From Chiloscyllium plagiosum (taxonomy: Eukaryota): a stretch of 51,822 nt of DNA. Every line of letters starts with the position of its first letter. Position 1 is the first letter of the stretch. A program made the translations under genes and the position numbers. The notes below the pieces were generated by a model, which made no database searches, had not been told where the DNA came from, and worked only from the letters and a program-made list of their open reading frames with translations. The stretch spans positions 111,236,024 through 111,287,845 of the forward strand of contig NC_057710.1 in the NCBI RefSeq assembly GCF_004010195.1. Direction: 5' to 3'. This document shows positions 12,338 to 24,050 of the stretch, piece by piece.

Positions 12338-14597
12338 CTACATAGTTAGTAGTTAGTTCCAATGGAAAATAACACAACATTGATTTTTCTATGCTCAGCA
12401 GACCATTGTGGGTATAATTTAACTTTACATAAACTGTAGAGTACATATGATTGGCCACACTATATTATGTGTGTTCAGACTAAACAAAAATATATTGGCA
12501 GAATGTGCAGAACAGTTTTCACACAATCAAATAAACACCAGTTAAGAATCATAATTAAATATATTCTCAAGATTACTTCACATTCACCATCATTTTCAGA
12601 ACATGCTACAATTAACACTCAAAGATGACCTTCCATAAGAATGGTTGGTTGAGTCTCATTTAAGTCCCTTTTAATGAGAATGCCCACAGTTTGTTTTGCC
12701 ATCCTATTTTCCTTTAGTTCCAAACTGCACAATTCCTTTTACAGATCCTTTCAGCTTCCATCAGAGAACTACTGTGCTATCTGCAAATGAACTGAAAGGC
12801 TCTGGCACTTTTCATCCACTAATTAAAGTGCTGTTTGCACCCATTGATCCAAATAACTTTTAATAAAAATTGGATTCTGGCTATTTCCTCACGCTTGTGT
12901 GATATTCTGCTTCTTTTGAGGCTCACAGCATGTATTATCAGAGCACAGTAGGACTGTTTACCCTGTCAATCACCTGTCAATCCTTCGAGGGATCTACAAA
13001 CACTCCCTGTGGCTGGTCACTGTCTCTCAGAATACTGTAATTATCATTTTGGCATCTTCTACTGTCAATTCCCATTTCAGGAACCCTTCGAACATTTCAA
13101 AACAATGTTCCTACTCCTCGACTTATTTGTGTAACTATTTTGTCTGCTATATTTTGAATCTGATATGGTGCTAACTGGAAGTGTTAATGTTCCCACTTGC
13201 AAAAAAGCTTATCTTAAACAGGCATGGCTCAAAGTGTTAATGCTGGCTTCAAAGCTGCCAGATTGCTGCACATCCAGTCGCTGGGCTTCAAGTTCGGCAA
13301 AGCAAACTCCCAGGTGCTGGCACTCAGTGCTGAAGCAGTGATCGACAATTAGTGATAATGCATGCGTTGTTTAGTCATTAGCAATTGCTACCTCCGCCAA
13401 TGTTTTCCACGTCAGATTGTGGCACTTGGCACTGTCCTCCGTGCCTCTGGCTCACTCCTCCAATACATGCGTTTATAAACAGAATAACAGTGTGTTTATT
13501 TCCCTTCCATAACCTGGCATGGAAGGATGTGTTGGTGGAAAATCTGCAGCTTCTCACCAGGAATTCATAGAGTTCCCTCACTCTCTTGGTTTTTCAATGG
13601 CACAAACATCTATTGCATTTCTGTACAAAAGGCAAAAGCTGGCAAGGTTACTCAGCCCAGACTATTATGTCTCATTCTTGGCAGGACTCACCAGTTTGAC
13701 CAGCTGATAGAACCACAGTTACAGTTTGGCTGGTTATCTGCATGAACTATTTGGCATTTTCCAAGGTCTGATTAGTATTTCTGAACCGCAATGTTTATAT
13801 TTATCGTCAGAGATCAAATTAATAAAGCAATCTTCCTCTCTCTTTCAGGACAATTTAATCCAATTTTCTTCAAGCTAAGAGTGATCTCTGTATTGCAGAC
13901 AAACTAAGGACTGCATTAGGTCCCAATGTTACAACTGCAATCAAGTACCTGTACTGCCTCTTACACTCAGGATTACCTCTGTTTGCTGGACTAGCATTGC
14001 AGTAAAAGTAAATCTACTACAGTCTTGCCAGACCATAGTGCTGCTCTCCCACTACAGAGACAGAAAGAGATGCCTGGTGAGTTTAACTTGAGTGAATACA
14101 CCCAGTAATGTAAATTAACAAAAAACCCAATGACATTGACATAATGAAACCCTCTCCCAGGAGCAGTTTTATTGGATGCTGTGGATGGCCAAATAATCAT
14201 TGAAAAAGCCAAATGGTCACCAATGCTGTGTGTAAAGATAATAAAAAGCCCTGGTATTGTGTCACTGATGAAAGTTTGGTTAATTACACAACTGTGGTTT
14301 GTAACATTCGAGCAACAGCTTCCACTGGAAAAGGAAAATTAAGGATGTGTTTCTTATTGAAGGAGAAGAAGGCAACACTCCTGTCAGAATGGCCAAAACA
14401 AAATTATTTTTGTCAATAAAATTCAACCAATGTTGAACATAACATTCATATGGCATTCTTTAGTCTTATTTTAGTACGTGTAAATCTTTTGAAATAAAGA
14501 CCTTAATGGATTGAGAGTGTCACTCTATATGTTAGAGATTAATTTACTATTAATGCCAATGGTCCCTTTTAGCTTTAACCTCAAGACATAGGATGTT

Positions 14598-14900
14598 TCC
14601 TTAGTACTGTACTAAGAGTATGCTGCACTGTTGGTGCTACATCTTTGGTTGGAATGCTCAATGAAGGCCCCATCTACTGGCTCAAATGACTGCTAAAGAG
14701 CTCATTTGCATTACTCAAAGAAAAGCAGGGAGTTATCCTCGTTAACATTTCTCCCTTAGCAAAACATCAAAAATAGACAGTTTAATTAGTTGCATATTGA
14801 ATTGTTGTTGGTGGAATGTTGCTGCACACAGTTATCTGACCCAACACTACACTTCAAAGTAAGCCCTTTTGCTATATGATGCAGTATAAATGTAGGTAAT
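14598..14900 (+). mobile_element. Old DeuSINE (SacSINE1/AmnSINE1-like) remnant
   Basis: Deu-domain-like blocks TGCTGCACTGTTGGTG, AGGCCCCATCT, AAGAAAAGCAGGGGAGTT and CTACACTTCAAAGTA, and tail TATAAATGTAGGT. Confidence 0.7.
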
Positions 14901-15964
14901 TTTTATTCATTATAACCTGCCAACAGGTAACCTTTTCAAAAGGTTATTTGAAACATTTTGACATTACATGCATTATCTGACAAGCTGCAATTTTTGTGAA
15001 GGAGCTGCCAAGTTTCCAAAATAAATTGAAAACCTGTATAAAGAGAAGAGAATAAGATAATATCACAACCTTCAGGGTGTAGGAGAGTGCTATCCCATCA
15101 GAAACAAATATTCAATTTACATGTTTTATTTGCAAAACTAAAACTATGAACAGACCACAAGTTATAAACACATTGACTTTGATAAGTACTTCACATCTAC
15201 AGATTTATAAAAAAAACTCATCATGGTTTTATTCAGTAATCCAAAGCATCATCAGGTGTACTCCTCTAGTCAACTTCATTCCTACCGTGCATATTGCCTT
15301 AAATCAGTTTCACATAGTTAATAATGGGGTTATTCATTAACATACCTGTAAAAAGTGATATTTTAAAGAAAAATTAAAATGACATATGTATGACATAAAA
15401 TGGCATTTTCTGCATTTATATTGTGTCTTAAAGTGCTTTTCAGCCAATGAAATATTTTTGAAATGTTGACACTGTTGCAATGTAATGAAACATGCATTTC
15501 ATAGCGTGCATAGCAAGTTCGCACAAATGGTAATAGGACATTCTTTTCATGACGATGTGAACACACTTGTTAAAATGGCAGGAAGAAGAAATTCACATGA
15601 AAGCATTCATGTCTGGATTACTTTCTGTGCAATCTCAATTTTATTATTCCAGTAGTAGGGGCAGTCCTTCAGAAGTGAATGAAAGTTGTTAGGGTTGTTA
15701 GGATGATTTGCACTACATACCCATTGAAAGTAAACAGAGCAAAAGATAAGAAAATACATTCCGAATGTGCAGTAATGCAGAAGAATGCTGTTGCACTAAA
15801 ATGGTCAGGATGGACAGAAACTTCACTGACAGTCTGCAGATTTACAACCAAATTAACTCATTTTATCCGTGTGACATGTGAACAGAAAATAGAGTCATAT
15901 TATAACTGTTCCTAAATATGGTGGACAACTTTGTGAACTAGAAACAAAACCATTTTATGTCATC

Positions 15965-16160
15965 AAAAAGAGAAATTGCTGGAAAAGTTCAGCAGGTCTG
16001 GCAGCATCTTTGAAGAGAAATCAGGAAGTCCTGAAGAAGGGTCACTCCACCCGAAACGTTAATTCTGATTTCTCTTCAAAGATGCTGCCAGACCTGCTCA
16101 GCTTTTCCAGCAATTTCTGTTTTTGTTTATGATTTTCAGCATCTGCGGTTCTTTCAGTTT
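15965..16160. mobile_element. Palindromic Penelope-like terminal element
   Basis: 60-bp inverted arms 15965-16024 and 16065-16124 with 3 mismatches, enclosing a hammerhead core. Confidence 0.85.
16026..16065 (+). ncRNA. Minimal type I hammerhead ribozyme motif (core intact, stem I weak)
   Basis: CUGAAGA-A-GGGU-cacucc-ACCC-GAAAC-GUU. It has the conserved CUGANGA and GAAA boxes, a 4-bp stem II, and a palindromic AACGUU stem III region typical of dimer-acting Penelope hammerheads. Confidence 0.55.
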
Positions 16161-17790
16161 CACCTTATGTAATCATTGTTCACAAGCAAATTAACTCAAA
16201 TATAAAGCAGCTATTTCTGCTATAAAGCCTAAACTGAGCATTCATTTCAAGCAATTCAATATCTTCCTTAAGAAGCAGGGAAGTTTCAAATGAAATGAAT
16301 TAATGCATTAATAACATCATGTAGCACTACTTCAAACCCAGCATGTTTACAAATTTAAGGTTGTTACTTTAAAAAAAGTCAAACTGCTATACATTCAATC
16401 AGCATCAAGTCGAGGTGTTATTTTTGGTACTGTACTAATTATAGCACCAAATACCATAAAGTACTGCACTGAGAGTATGTAGTGTGGATGAAAAGGTGCA
16501 AATCCCGAAAATGGGAAAATCAAATTTAATTCAACATCAATAATTCATTTCATGTCAGCTGAGTCTTAAAACAAATCCTTAATGTGCATTTTCTCTTTTG
16601 GATACTGGCAGGCCTGCTGTGCATTTCCAGAGCTGTGTTTGTATTTCATAATTCCAGTTTAGCATTTTGCTTGATTGGAATATTTCTGATATTGTGAATC
16701 TGAAGAATTTTTGACAATAACTAGCAGTATATTCTGCAGGTTCCCCCTGACCTGGAAGACAAGCAGCTCATGCTACATGACATCACTTGACACATGCAAC
16801 ACAGACACACTTGACAATGTGTTAATTTGTACATCTGTTGCTCGCCTGCAGTCTTTCTACAATAAAATGTTTTCTTCGAAAAGGACTTTTTAGAAACTAG
16901 ATGTATTTTTCCCTACACTCCTCTGTTGAAGCTCGATCTTGTTAAGGTATGTCGTTCGTTACTCCTTTTCCAAGAGTTAAGTACAAAGTATTTCAGATAT
17001 GTAGCTGCCAGCTTAAAGCTGGTGACCGGAAAGATAGGAATCTATACCTTGGTTTCCACTGCTGAGTTACAAATGGACAGCTTTCATGGTGCTTAGCACT
17101 TGCTGTCTGAGTTACTTGCTGGCTCTTGACTGTGTAAGATTGAATTACCACGCAAACAAGTTGCCATTTTGAAATGCCTTCTAGATTTCACTTTAACACT
17201 TCATACTGGGAAAACTGATCAAACAGCCGCACGACAGCAGCAGAATTGTCTTCAATTAAATTGAAGCAATGCTTTTATTTGGGAAAATAAACAGTCTCCA
17301 TCATAGCAATTAAGAATCATAAGATTTCTGTAGTAAATAAATTTCCTTTGTCATTCTGCAATCTCTATTCAATTTCAAATTAACTGTCTTAATCCCAGAA
17401 TAAATAGCAATGACTTTCTGAAGATTGCTTGACCATTCACAGAAAGCAGACACTGAAAGCGGATTTATCATTTGCTGCTGAATACAAATTCCTTTGAAAC
17501 TATTCTTTCCTCAAGTTAATCTTATCTACATTTCTTCAGTATAGTCAAGATATCCTAGTTTCTCCTCAACAATCAAGAAATTCACTGACATATTATGTTG
17601 AACTAGCTTAGGTAAATCAAGAAAGAAGTTCTGAATTGTTTCATTTTAAGCTCCTGACATGTATTTCCAAAGGCAGCAGCTTGGAGACTATCCTGAGACA
17701 CGCTATGATCTCTATGTCAGGCTACTATTTGTCCACTAGTCAGATTCAAAACTATCTCTATCACAGTGCTGTGATTTTACTCAGCATATA

Positions 17791-18064
17791 GGGTGGCACA
17801 GTGGCTCAGTGGTTAGCACTGCTGCCTCATAGTGCCAGGGACCCAGGTTCAATTCCAGCCTTGGGAGACTGTCTGTGTGCATATTCTCCCTGTCCCTGGG
17901 TGCTCTGGTTTCCTCCCAGAGTCCAAAGATGTGCAGGTCAGGTGAATTGGCCATTCTAAATTGCCCATAGCATTAGTTAATGGGTCTAGGTGGGTTACTC
18001 TTTGGAGGGTTGGCGTGGACTTGTTGGGTTGAAGGGCCTGTTTCCACACTGTAGGTAATCTAAT
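17791..18064 (+). mobile_element. HE1-type V-SINE
   Basis: tRNA-like head (box A TGGCTCAGTGG, box B GGTTCAATTCC), partly deleted V-domain, tail GAAGGGCCTGTTTCCACACTGTAGGTAATCTAAT. Confidence 0.9.
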
Positions 18065-18713
18065 ATGCCATTATCAGGGCCTGCATAATCACGTTTTGTC
18101 ACGTCTCTTATATTCTACTCACAAAAATTGTGGATTTCTTTTCTTACCATTGAGATTACTGAAATAAGCCAAGTCACAGAGCAGATCATCTTTAGGTCCT
18201 CTTGCCAAATGCATCCAATTCCATGGATACATATTATTTTCAAAGGAGGCATTGACCACTTATAAGGCCCCATTATCTCATAAATGTCAAGAGAGTGCTG
18301 CTGCTGCCTTTTTGTATCAATGACAAAGCTGTGATATAAGTGCAGCTACCTCTACACAAAGAGATAATAGTAGGGAGACAAATAGAAAACGATTTCTGAA
18401 ACTGTAGAAGTCACCTCAACACATAAACCTCCCAAGTTCCTCTGCAGGTAACAGTTACAATGTGAGCTGACTACAAATGGAAGCCCTTCCTGACATTGTC
18501 TACCATTTTTCTGGTCACTGGAAGCCTGAATGCTTAGACCAAGCTGACCAGGTCAGCAATGCAATTGTTAAAATGAGAAAGATCTAAAACCAGAAAAGGA
18601 AATTGCAATTCATGACATTTGTACAGCTGCTCTACCACTGTGTTTCCCATTATCACTGGTGCAGTGTAAGCTAATGGTCTGCATGCCACAGGAGCTATAG
18701 TTCTTCTCCACCC

Positions 18714-18865
18714 TGGAGGCTCCCTGCCTCTATTCCTGATGAAGGGCTTTTGCCCAAAACGTCGATTTTCCTGCTCCTCAGATGCAGCCTGACCTGCTGT
18801 GCTTTTCCAGCACCACTCTGATCTAAACTCTGGTTTCCAGTATCTGCAGTCCTCACTTTTGCCTA
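18714..18865 (+). mobile_element. Penelope-like terminal fragment with hammerhead motif (G12 mutated)
   Basis: CTGATGA-AGGGC-TTTT-GCCC-AAAAC-GTC at 18736-18763, then ...CTGCTGTGCTTTTCCAGC...CTGCAGTCCTCACTTT. Same family as 41177-41307 and 51550-51822. Confidence 0.8.
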
Positions 18866-18949
18866 GCTATATTTCCTACTCAAGCTAATTCTGTTTCTCC
18901 TTTGTCAATTTTCTCACCACCCCACACCCCATCTTGCCCCCCTTGCTTC

Positions 18950-20550
18950 TTTGCACACGGCATCACTCCTTGTTCTACTAGAGTCCTCAAATACTGGGCA
19001 CCCTTCAGTAATTCCTCAACATATTTATTGTCCATTTGCAAACCAGGACAATGAATGCCGGTGGCTTTTTGGACTGGGAGGAATTGGCAAACCACAGGAT
19101 TCTGATCCTGCCCTTCCTTCACCAATGTTCACAACTGATGTGCTTTGAGTCTCTATCACTGAAGTGAAATCAGGAGTGGGAACCTTTCTTCTCCCTGATC
19201 CCTGAGGACTGAGATCAATTGTAACCTCCAGCTGCTATCCTAACTGAGATCAACTCCCTTGGGAAAAAAAAACAAAGGCTTGTGCCTTTCTGAGTGCTGT
19301 AGCTCTGATACTCACTGAATAAAGAGCAATAGAGCAAACCTGGTGATTCTGAATGCAAAAAGGTAGTATAACACACACCGACAGAAAAGGAACCCATGCA
19401 GCAAAGATACGGATTGTAGCTGGAACATTCTGGGTGTGTACTGTTCTGACTTAGACTGAATGGAACAATCACATTCCAAATTATTGGATGTTTGTGATTA
19501 CCATCAATGCAGACTGTTTTATTATTGACAAATGAAAATAAAAACAAACACCCGTATTATGAATTGCAAATCGAAAACAGTCTTTAACCTGTGGAAATAA
19601 AGCTGTGTGTGACATAAAGTTTATATAATCCATCAGAACACAATCACAATTCTTATAAGAAAGCTCTACTTCAAGTGTTGCATCTGAACGAAGCAGGACA
19701 GTCAATCCTCTGGCAACCCATAAAATAAAGGCCTCTTATTCTACATGGTGATCACTATGTGTTATTAAATAATCAGTTCAATCTGAAACTATCGCATTCT
19801 CGCCCTGCAGTCTGTGTCATCCATCTACTTCCACCTCGGGCACACAGCATCCAAAATAAAATGATGCAAACAGTTTTGTGCAAAGTTCCCACCACCCTCT
19901 ACAGAAAGCTTTGTTACATTTTGGGTTAAGCATCTAGGCACAAGGCAAAGTTGCAGCCAACTCAACTTCCAGTTCAATTTTCCCATCACTGAGTGACCTA
20001 GGTTACGTTCTGACCAATACAGAATAAATTGAATTTCTTCAGCATTTTGTGAGGATTAGAAGCAATTGTTAGCCAGCAATGACTTTTTACCCTGGCTCCA
20101 ATCCTACCAATGTATTCTGCCACTCCACAGAAAAAATTCAGATGGTCTAAGACACAGAACAAACACAACATGAATTGAGCCTTTTTTCATCAATTTGAAC
20201 TGTAGGAGGGGAAGCAATCAACCTTTCTTCCTGCTTTTCTTTGCTATTCAGCTACTTCAAGGTTTAATCTTTCTTTGGGAGAAGGGAAAAAGTTTCTTCA
20301 TTGTGTGGTCCTGCAAAGATTTATTTCTTTCTGGCCTTTATCCTGAGCTTGTTTATTCCTCTTTTCTTTTCGATTTTAATCAAGATGGTTTCACCCAATT
20401 TCAGAGTCTGTTGAATGAACTTTCGTGTCACTCACAGATGTTCCCTTCATGGTTCTCTATGGCTTTTCATTGCTTTGCAGAATGTTGGTATTACTATGAC
20501 ATGGCTCTTTGCCTTCATTACTTCCTTCATCAGCGCTGAGCTCCATCCTT
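18950..20550 (-). pseudogene. Heavily decayed pogo/CENP-B-type (HTH + DDE_1, POGZ-like) transposase relic
   Basis: Manual translation across stops and frameshifts gives colinear motif remnants at plausible spacing: A*ML/TQNVTKLSV (~EWVLTQREQQLPV), YGLPED (~HTLPKD), TVCIDGNHKHPIIW (~LADGTKLPPLIIF), RIAAGGYN*SQ (~VVPAGCSSKIQPLD), LVCKW. Confidence 0.45.
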
Positions 20551-20994
20551 AACACAGGACCATCTATTCACATACATTACCTCACCACTTATGAAAGCTT
20601 TCAAGGTTAATTGTTTAACTCACCATCAATTATGTGACTGATCATTACCTGTAGGGGGAATTATATAGGATGCCCATAGTACCCACTCTCCCTGGTTAAC
20701 AAAACTCAGTGTGGAGCTCGCTCCAGGAAAGAATAAATACCGTTGTCTCATTTAATGATCAACCAGCCATTATTAGACTGGAGATGTGGTATCTGTCCCT
20801 CAGGGATAGGTAGCTCTGCAGTCCCAGCTGCTCCATGCCAGGGAGCTGGCTATTTCAGCGTTTCCAGTCAATTCCCCAACATAGACCATTGCTGGGGCTA
20901 GGCACCAAAACCAGCTTTGGAGGAGCAGGGTGAGGAGGGCTGCCTCCAGGAGACAGTTGTGTCCTGCAAAGGTGGTTCACTCCAACTTGCCCAG

Positions 20995-21494
20995 AAACTT
21001 GAAGGGGTTCAGAAAAGATTTACAAGGATATTGTCAGATTTGGAGGTTTGAGCTATAGGGAGAGACTGAATAGGCTGGAGCTGTTTTTCCTGGAGCATTG
21101 GAGGCTGAGTGGTGACCTTAATAGAGGTTTATAACATCATGAGGGGCATCGATAGAATAAAAAGACAAGGTATTTTCTCTGGAGTGGGAGAGTCCAGAAC
21201 TAGAGGGCATAGGTTTAGGGTGAGAGGGGAAAGATTTAAAAAGGATCTAAGAGGCAACTTTTTCACACAAAGGGTGGTGTATGTATGGAATAAACTGCCA
21301 GAGGAAGTGGTGGAGACTGGTACAATTACAATATTTAAAAAGCATCTGGATGGGTATATGAATAGGAAGGGTTTAGACAGATATGGGCCAAATGCTGGCA
21401 AATGGGACTGGGTTAATTCAGGATATCTAGTCAGCATGGACAAGTTGGAGTGAAGGGTCTGTTTCTGTGCTGTACATCTCTATGAGTCTATGAC
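20995..21494 (+). mobile_element. 5'-truncated CR1/HER1-type LINE 3' end
   Basis: ORF 21109-21453 (LIEVYNIMRG...TRGHRFRVRGERFKKDLRGNFFTQRVV.VWNKLP) and tail CTCTATGAGTCTATGAC. Confidence 0.95.
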
Positions 21495-21841
21495 CAACTC
21501 AATCTGCTGGGCTTCCCCCATAGTGTGATATACTGCCATGGAGAGAACAGTGAGGATTGGATAAGGCCTTGCTCAACAACAAACCTGAACCCTCCAAACC
21601 CCGCCTCTTAAAATTTTGTACAGCTCTACAGCGGGTGAGTAATTGGCTCCAAGGACACGTTAGATATTAGGAGACCCTTGCTTTAAACCTATTGGTGGGG
21701 AATCCTAAAATCTAGTCCCATGTTTTCTTTTACTTGGGCCAGGATTTACAAAATAATAGCTAGCTAGTATATTTATAAATTGATCCAGTTTGCAGTAAGG
21801 ATCTGATTCCAAATACCAATGAATTCTTGACCTTAGCTATG

Positions 21842-22115
21842 TCATAAAATCACTGCAGTGACCATTTGGCCCAGAAACCCTGTGCTGACCCTCCGAAGGA
21901 CATCCCACCCAGATCCATGCCATCCCCATAATTCCTGTGGCCAATCCACCTAACCTGCACACCTTTGGACTATGGAAGGAAACTGGAGCACCCAGCGGAA
22001 ACCCACGCAGGCACAGGGAGAATGTGCAAGCTCCACAATTACCTGAGGCAGGAATCGAATCCGGGACCCTGGTGCTGTGAGGCAGCAGTGCTAACCAATG
22101 AGCCACCGTGCCACC
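21842..22115 (-). mobile_element. HE1-type V-SINE
   Basis: The reverse complement has a tRNA head and the V-domain GTGGAGCTTGCACATTCTCCCTGTGCCTGCGTGGGTTTCC. Confidence 0.9.
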
Positions 22116-22471
22116 TGTCCACAAGGAGGTACCATGTGAAATATGAGCACTTTCTGGTAACTGATCCAATGTGGTATGAGTGACATATCTGTCCTCCTCT
22201 TTTTGACTCAGCTCAGAGGGACCAACACAGCAATTCCATGCAAATGGGCACCAAGTAATGTTACTAGAATGATGCCAGGAGGCATTGCTGGAATATTTAG
22301 CTTAAAGCAAATTTCATTCCTGCAGTCAGATTTTTTTTCAAAATTTGTTACGGTGCAAGCAATGGCACATCTTATCTGGCTGCAGCACAACACAAGAGAG
22401 AAAGAAATTTCAGGTCAATGAAACAACTAACCAATGTTGCAGCAACTTACTAACGCCACCATTCCCCAGCT

Positions 22472-22812
22472 TACGCAGGCAAAGTTCACCTGAACATTTG
22501 CACATTCGAAAATTTCACAGGGAGTCCAATTGTCTGAAATGTATTAAAGTAATTTTAAAAAAACACTTCCCACTCCGAGGATTTGTTATTCTTTCCTTTT
22601 CCTTTCAAGAAGCCTCTGGACATGGTTTTGAAGCTTCAGATAGTGGCCAGTTCCTCCCCCACACCACCTCCCCAGTGACCCTCACACAAGTCATGTCTTA
22701 CTTTTTATTGGATGTGGCTTTAAAAGTTAAAGATAAAATCTCTTCTTTTTCCATATCCTGCTTTTTGTTGCTTGAATTCTGAACGTTTATAGAATCGGAG
22801 AGGATACACTGC
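22472..22812 (-). other. Pair of candidate spliced exons (22702-22812 and ~22472-22531), coding or 5' UTR
   Basis: Acceptor TTTTTTTTATTCTCAAG with donor AA|GTAAGA (111 nt). Acceptor TTTAATACATTTCAG with donor GC|GTAAGC (~59 nt, contains ATG for MCKCSGELCL). About 170 nt between them. Confidence 0.3.
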
Positions 22813-23051
22813 CTTGAGAATAAAAAAAACAAGATTTCCACTACAGCGCACCACTTCCCAACACAGACTGACTGCCCACACTCGTGCTCACTGGTGTAAT
22901 AGACTGACAGAAATAAAAGGCAGAATGGAAGGTACAAAACAGCAAACAAGGCACTGCATTCCTGAGGCAAGTTCTCCTTTACCAAGCAGCACTCTGTGAC
23001 TAGACTCTTTGTTTTTCTTTAATTTAAAAAAAAATGATGGCAGAGAAAACA

Positions 23052-23071
23052 GGGGGGGGGGGGGGGGGGGG
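23052..23071 (+). repeat. G20 homopolymer
   Basis: Directly visible. Confidence 0.95.
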
Positions 23072-23754
23072 AGAAAGGTGTCACTTTCTGTCATGGTCTA
23101 TTTGTCTTTGCAACTTGCTTATTCATTTACAAATAGGAAACTTGTCCGCAGTGGAAGAAAGGAAAAGGTAAATCATACAGAGTCAGGTTAAGCCAGTTAA
23201 ATATTACATTAACATATGGGAGGATGGTGGTAAAGTTGTTCCCTAGCATGGATATTGGAGCTGCGTGGAAAAAAAATTATTCAATCAGTAAAGTTAATGA
23301 CATACATGAAGTAGGCCCCAGTGAGGACAAACCAGCTTTTGTCCTACTCGGGTGGGGGGGGCGGGGGAGGTGTAGAAGAATAATACTTTAATGCAAGCTT
23401 AGCTGCTGCTTTTTACTCTGGTGTTCACTTATAAAACATCCCCATTTCAGAAGAGATAGCTATCTTCAAAAAATGATGCATTCACTACATTAGAAGCAAG
23501 TGGGGTTGGTGGGGGAGTACAGAATGTTACGGTGTACAGTACAATGGTGTAGAGTCTCACTTCTCATTTTGATTGATGTCAGGCATCCAATTTGGAGTAG
23601 AGATTTCACTGTTGCATTGCTAAGTAGAATATTCTCCGCTGGCACTGTGCACTGGCAGTGAAGCTTTCACCCATATTTATTGAGGCTTTACCATGTGTAA
23701 ACCATGTGCAATAGCACTATGTATGTCAATCAGTTCCCAGTGAGCTCATGACCT

Positions 23755-24050
23755 CATTGGTAGTAAGGACCACTGTGCTGTTGGAGGTACTATTTTTCAA
23801 ATGCTGTCGAATATTAACAGCCCAACTGGCATGATAGATGTGAAACTCCCACCGCACACCTTGAAGAAGAGCAAGGATGTCCCTCTCCATGTCCTAGCTA
23901 AACACTTACTACGAAACTAATTGATCCCTTATCATGGTACAATTAAAGCAGTTTGTTGTGACATAGATAAACTTGACAACACTAATGTACTTAATTCGTC
24001 ACGACGCAATTTGGAAATTTTGCAAGAGTGAAATGCAAATTATAAATCTA
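23755..24050 (+). mobile_element. Very old DeuSINE remnant
   Basis: TGTTGGAGGTACTATTTTTC and TTGAAGAAGAGCAAGGATG...TGTCCTAGCTAA resemble the Deu domain and the 14598 copy. Confidence 0.55.

Noticed and set aside
16590-16670. Further Penelope-like tail remnants (also ~32235-32330)
   Set aside because: Too degraded to bound or classify, and no hammerhead core is visible.
17791-17862. tRNA genes (also ~22045-22115 and ~27615-27675)
   Set aside because: The A/B boxes are SINE heads continuing into V-domains; no complete cloverleaf.
20195-20539. Hydrophobic 114-aa plus-strand membrane protein
   Set aside because: It is the pyrimidine-rich antisense of the purine-rich minus-strand relic, and it has no ATG start.
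22345-22782. 145-aa plus-strand ORF
   Set aside because: Non-ATG start and no motif; the local splice signals are on the minus strand.
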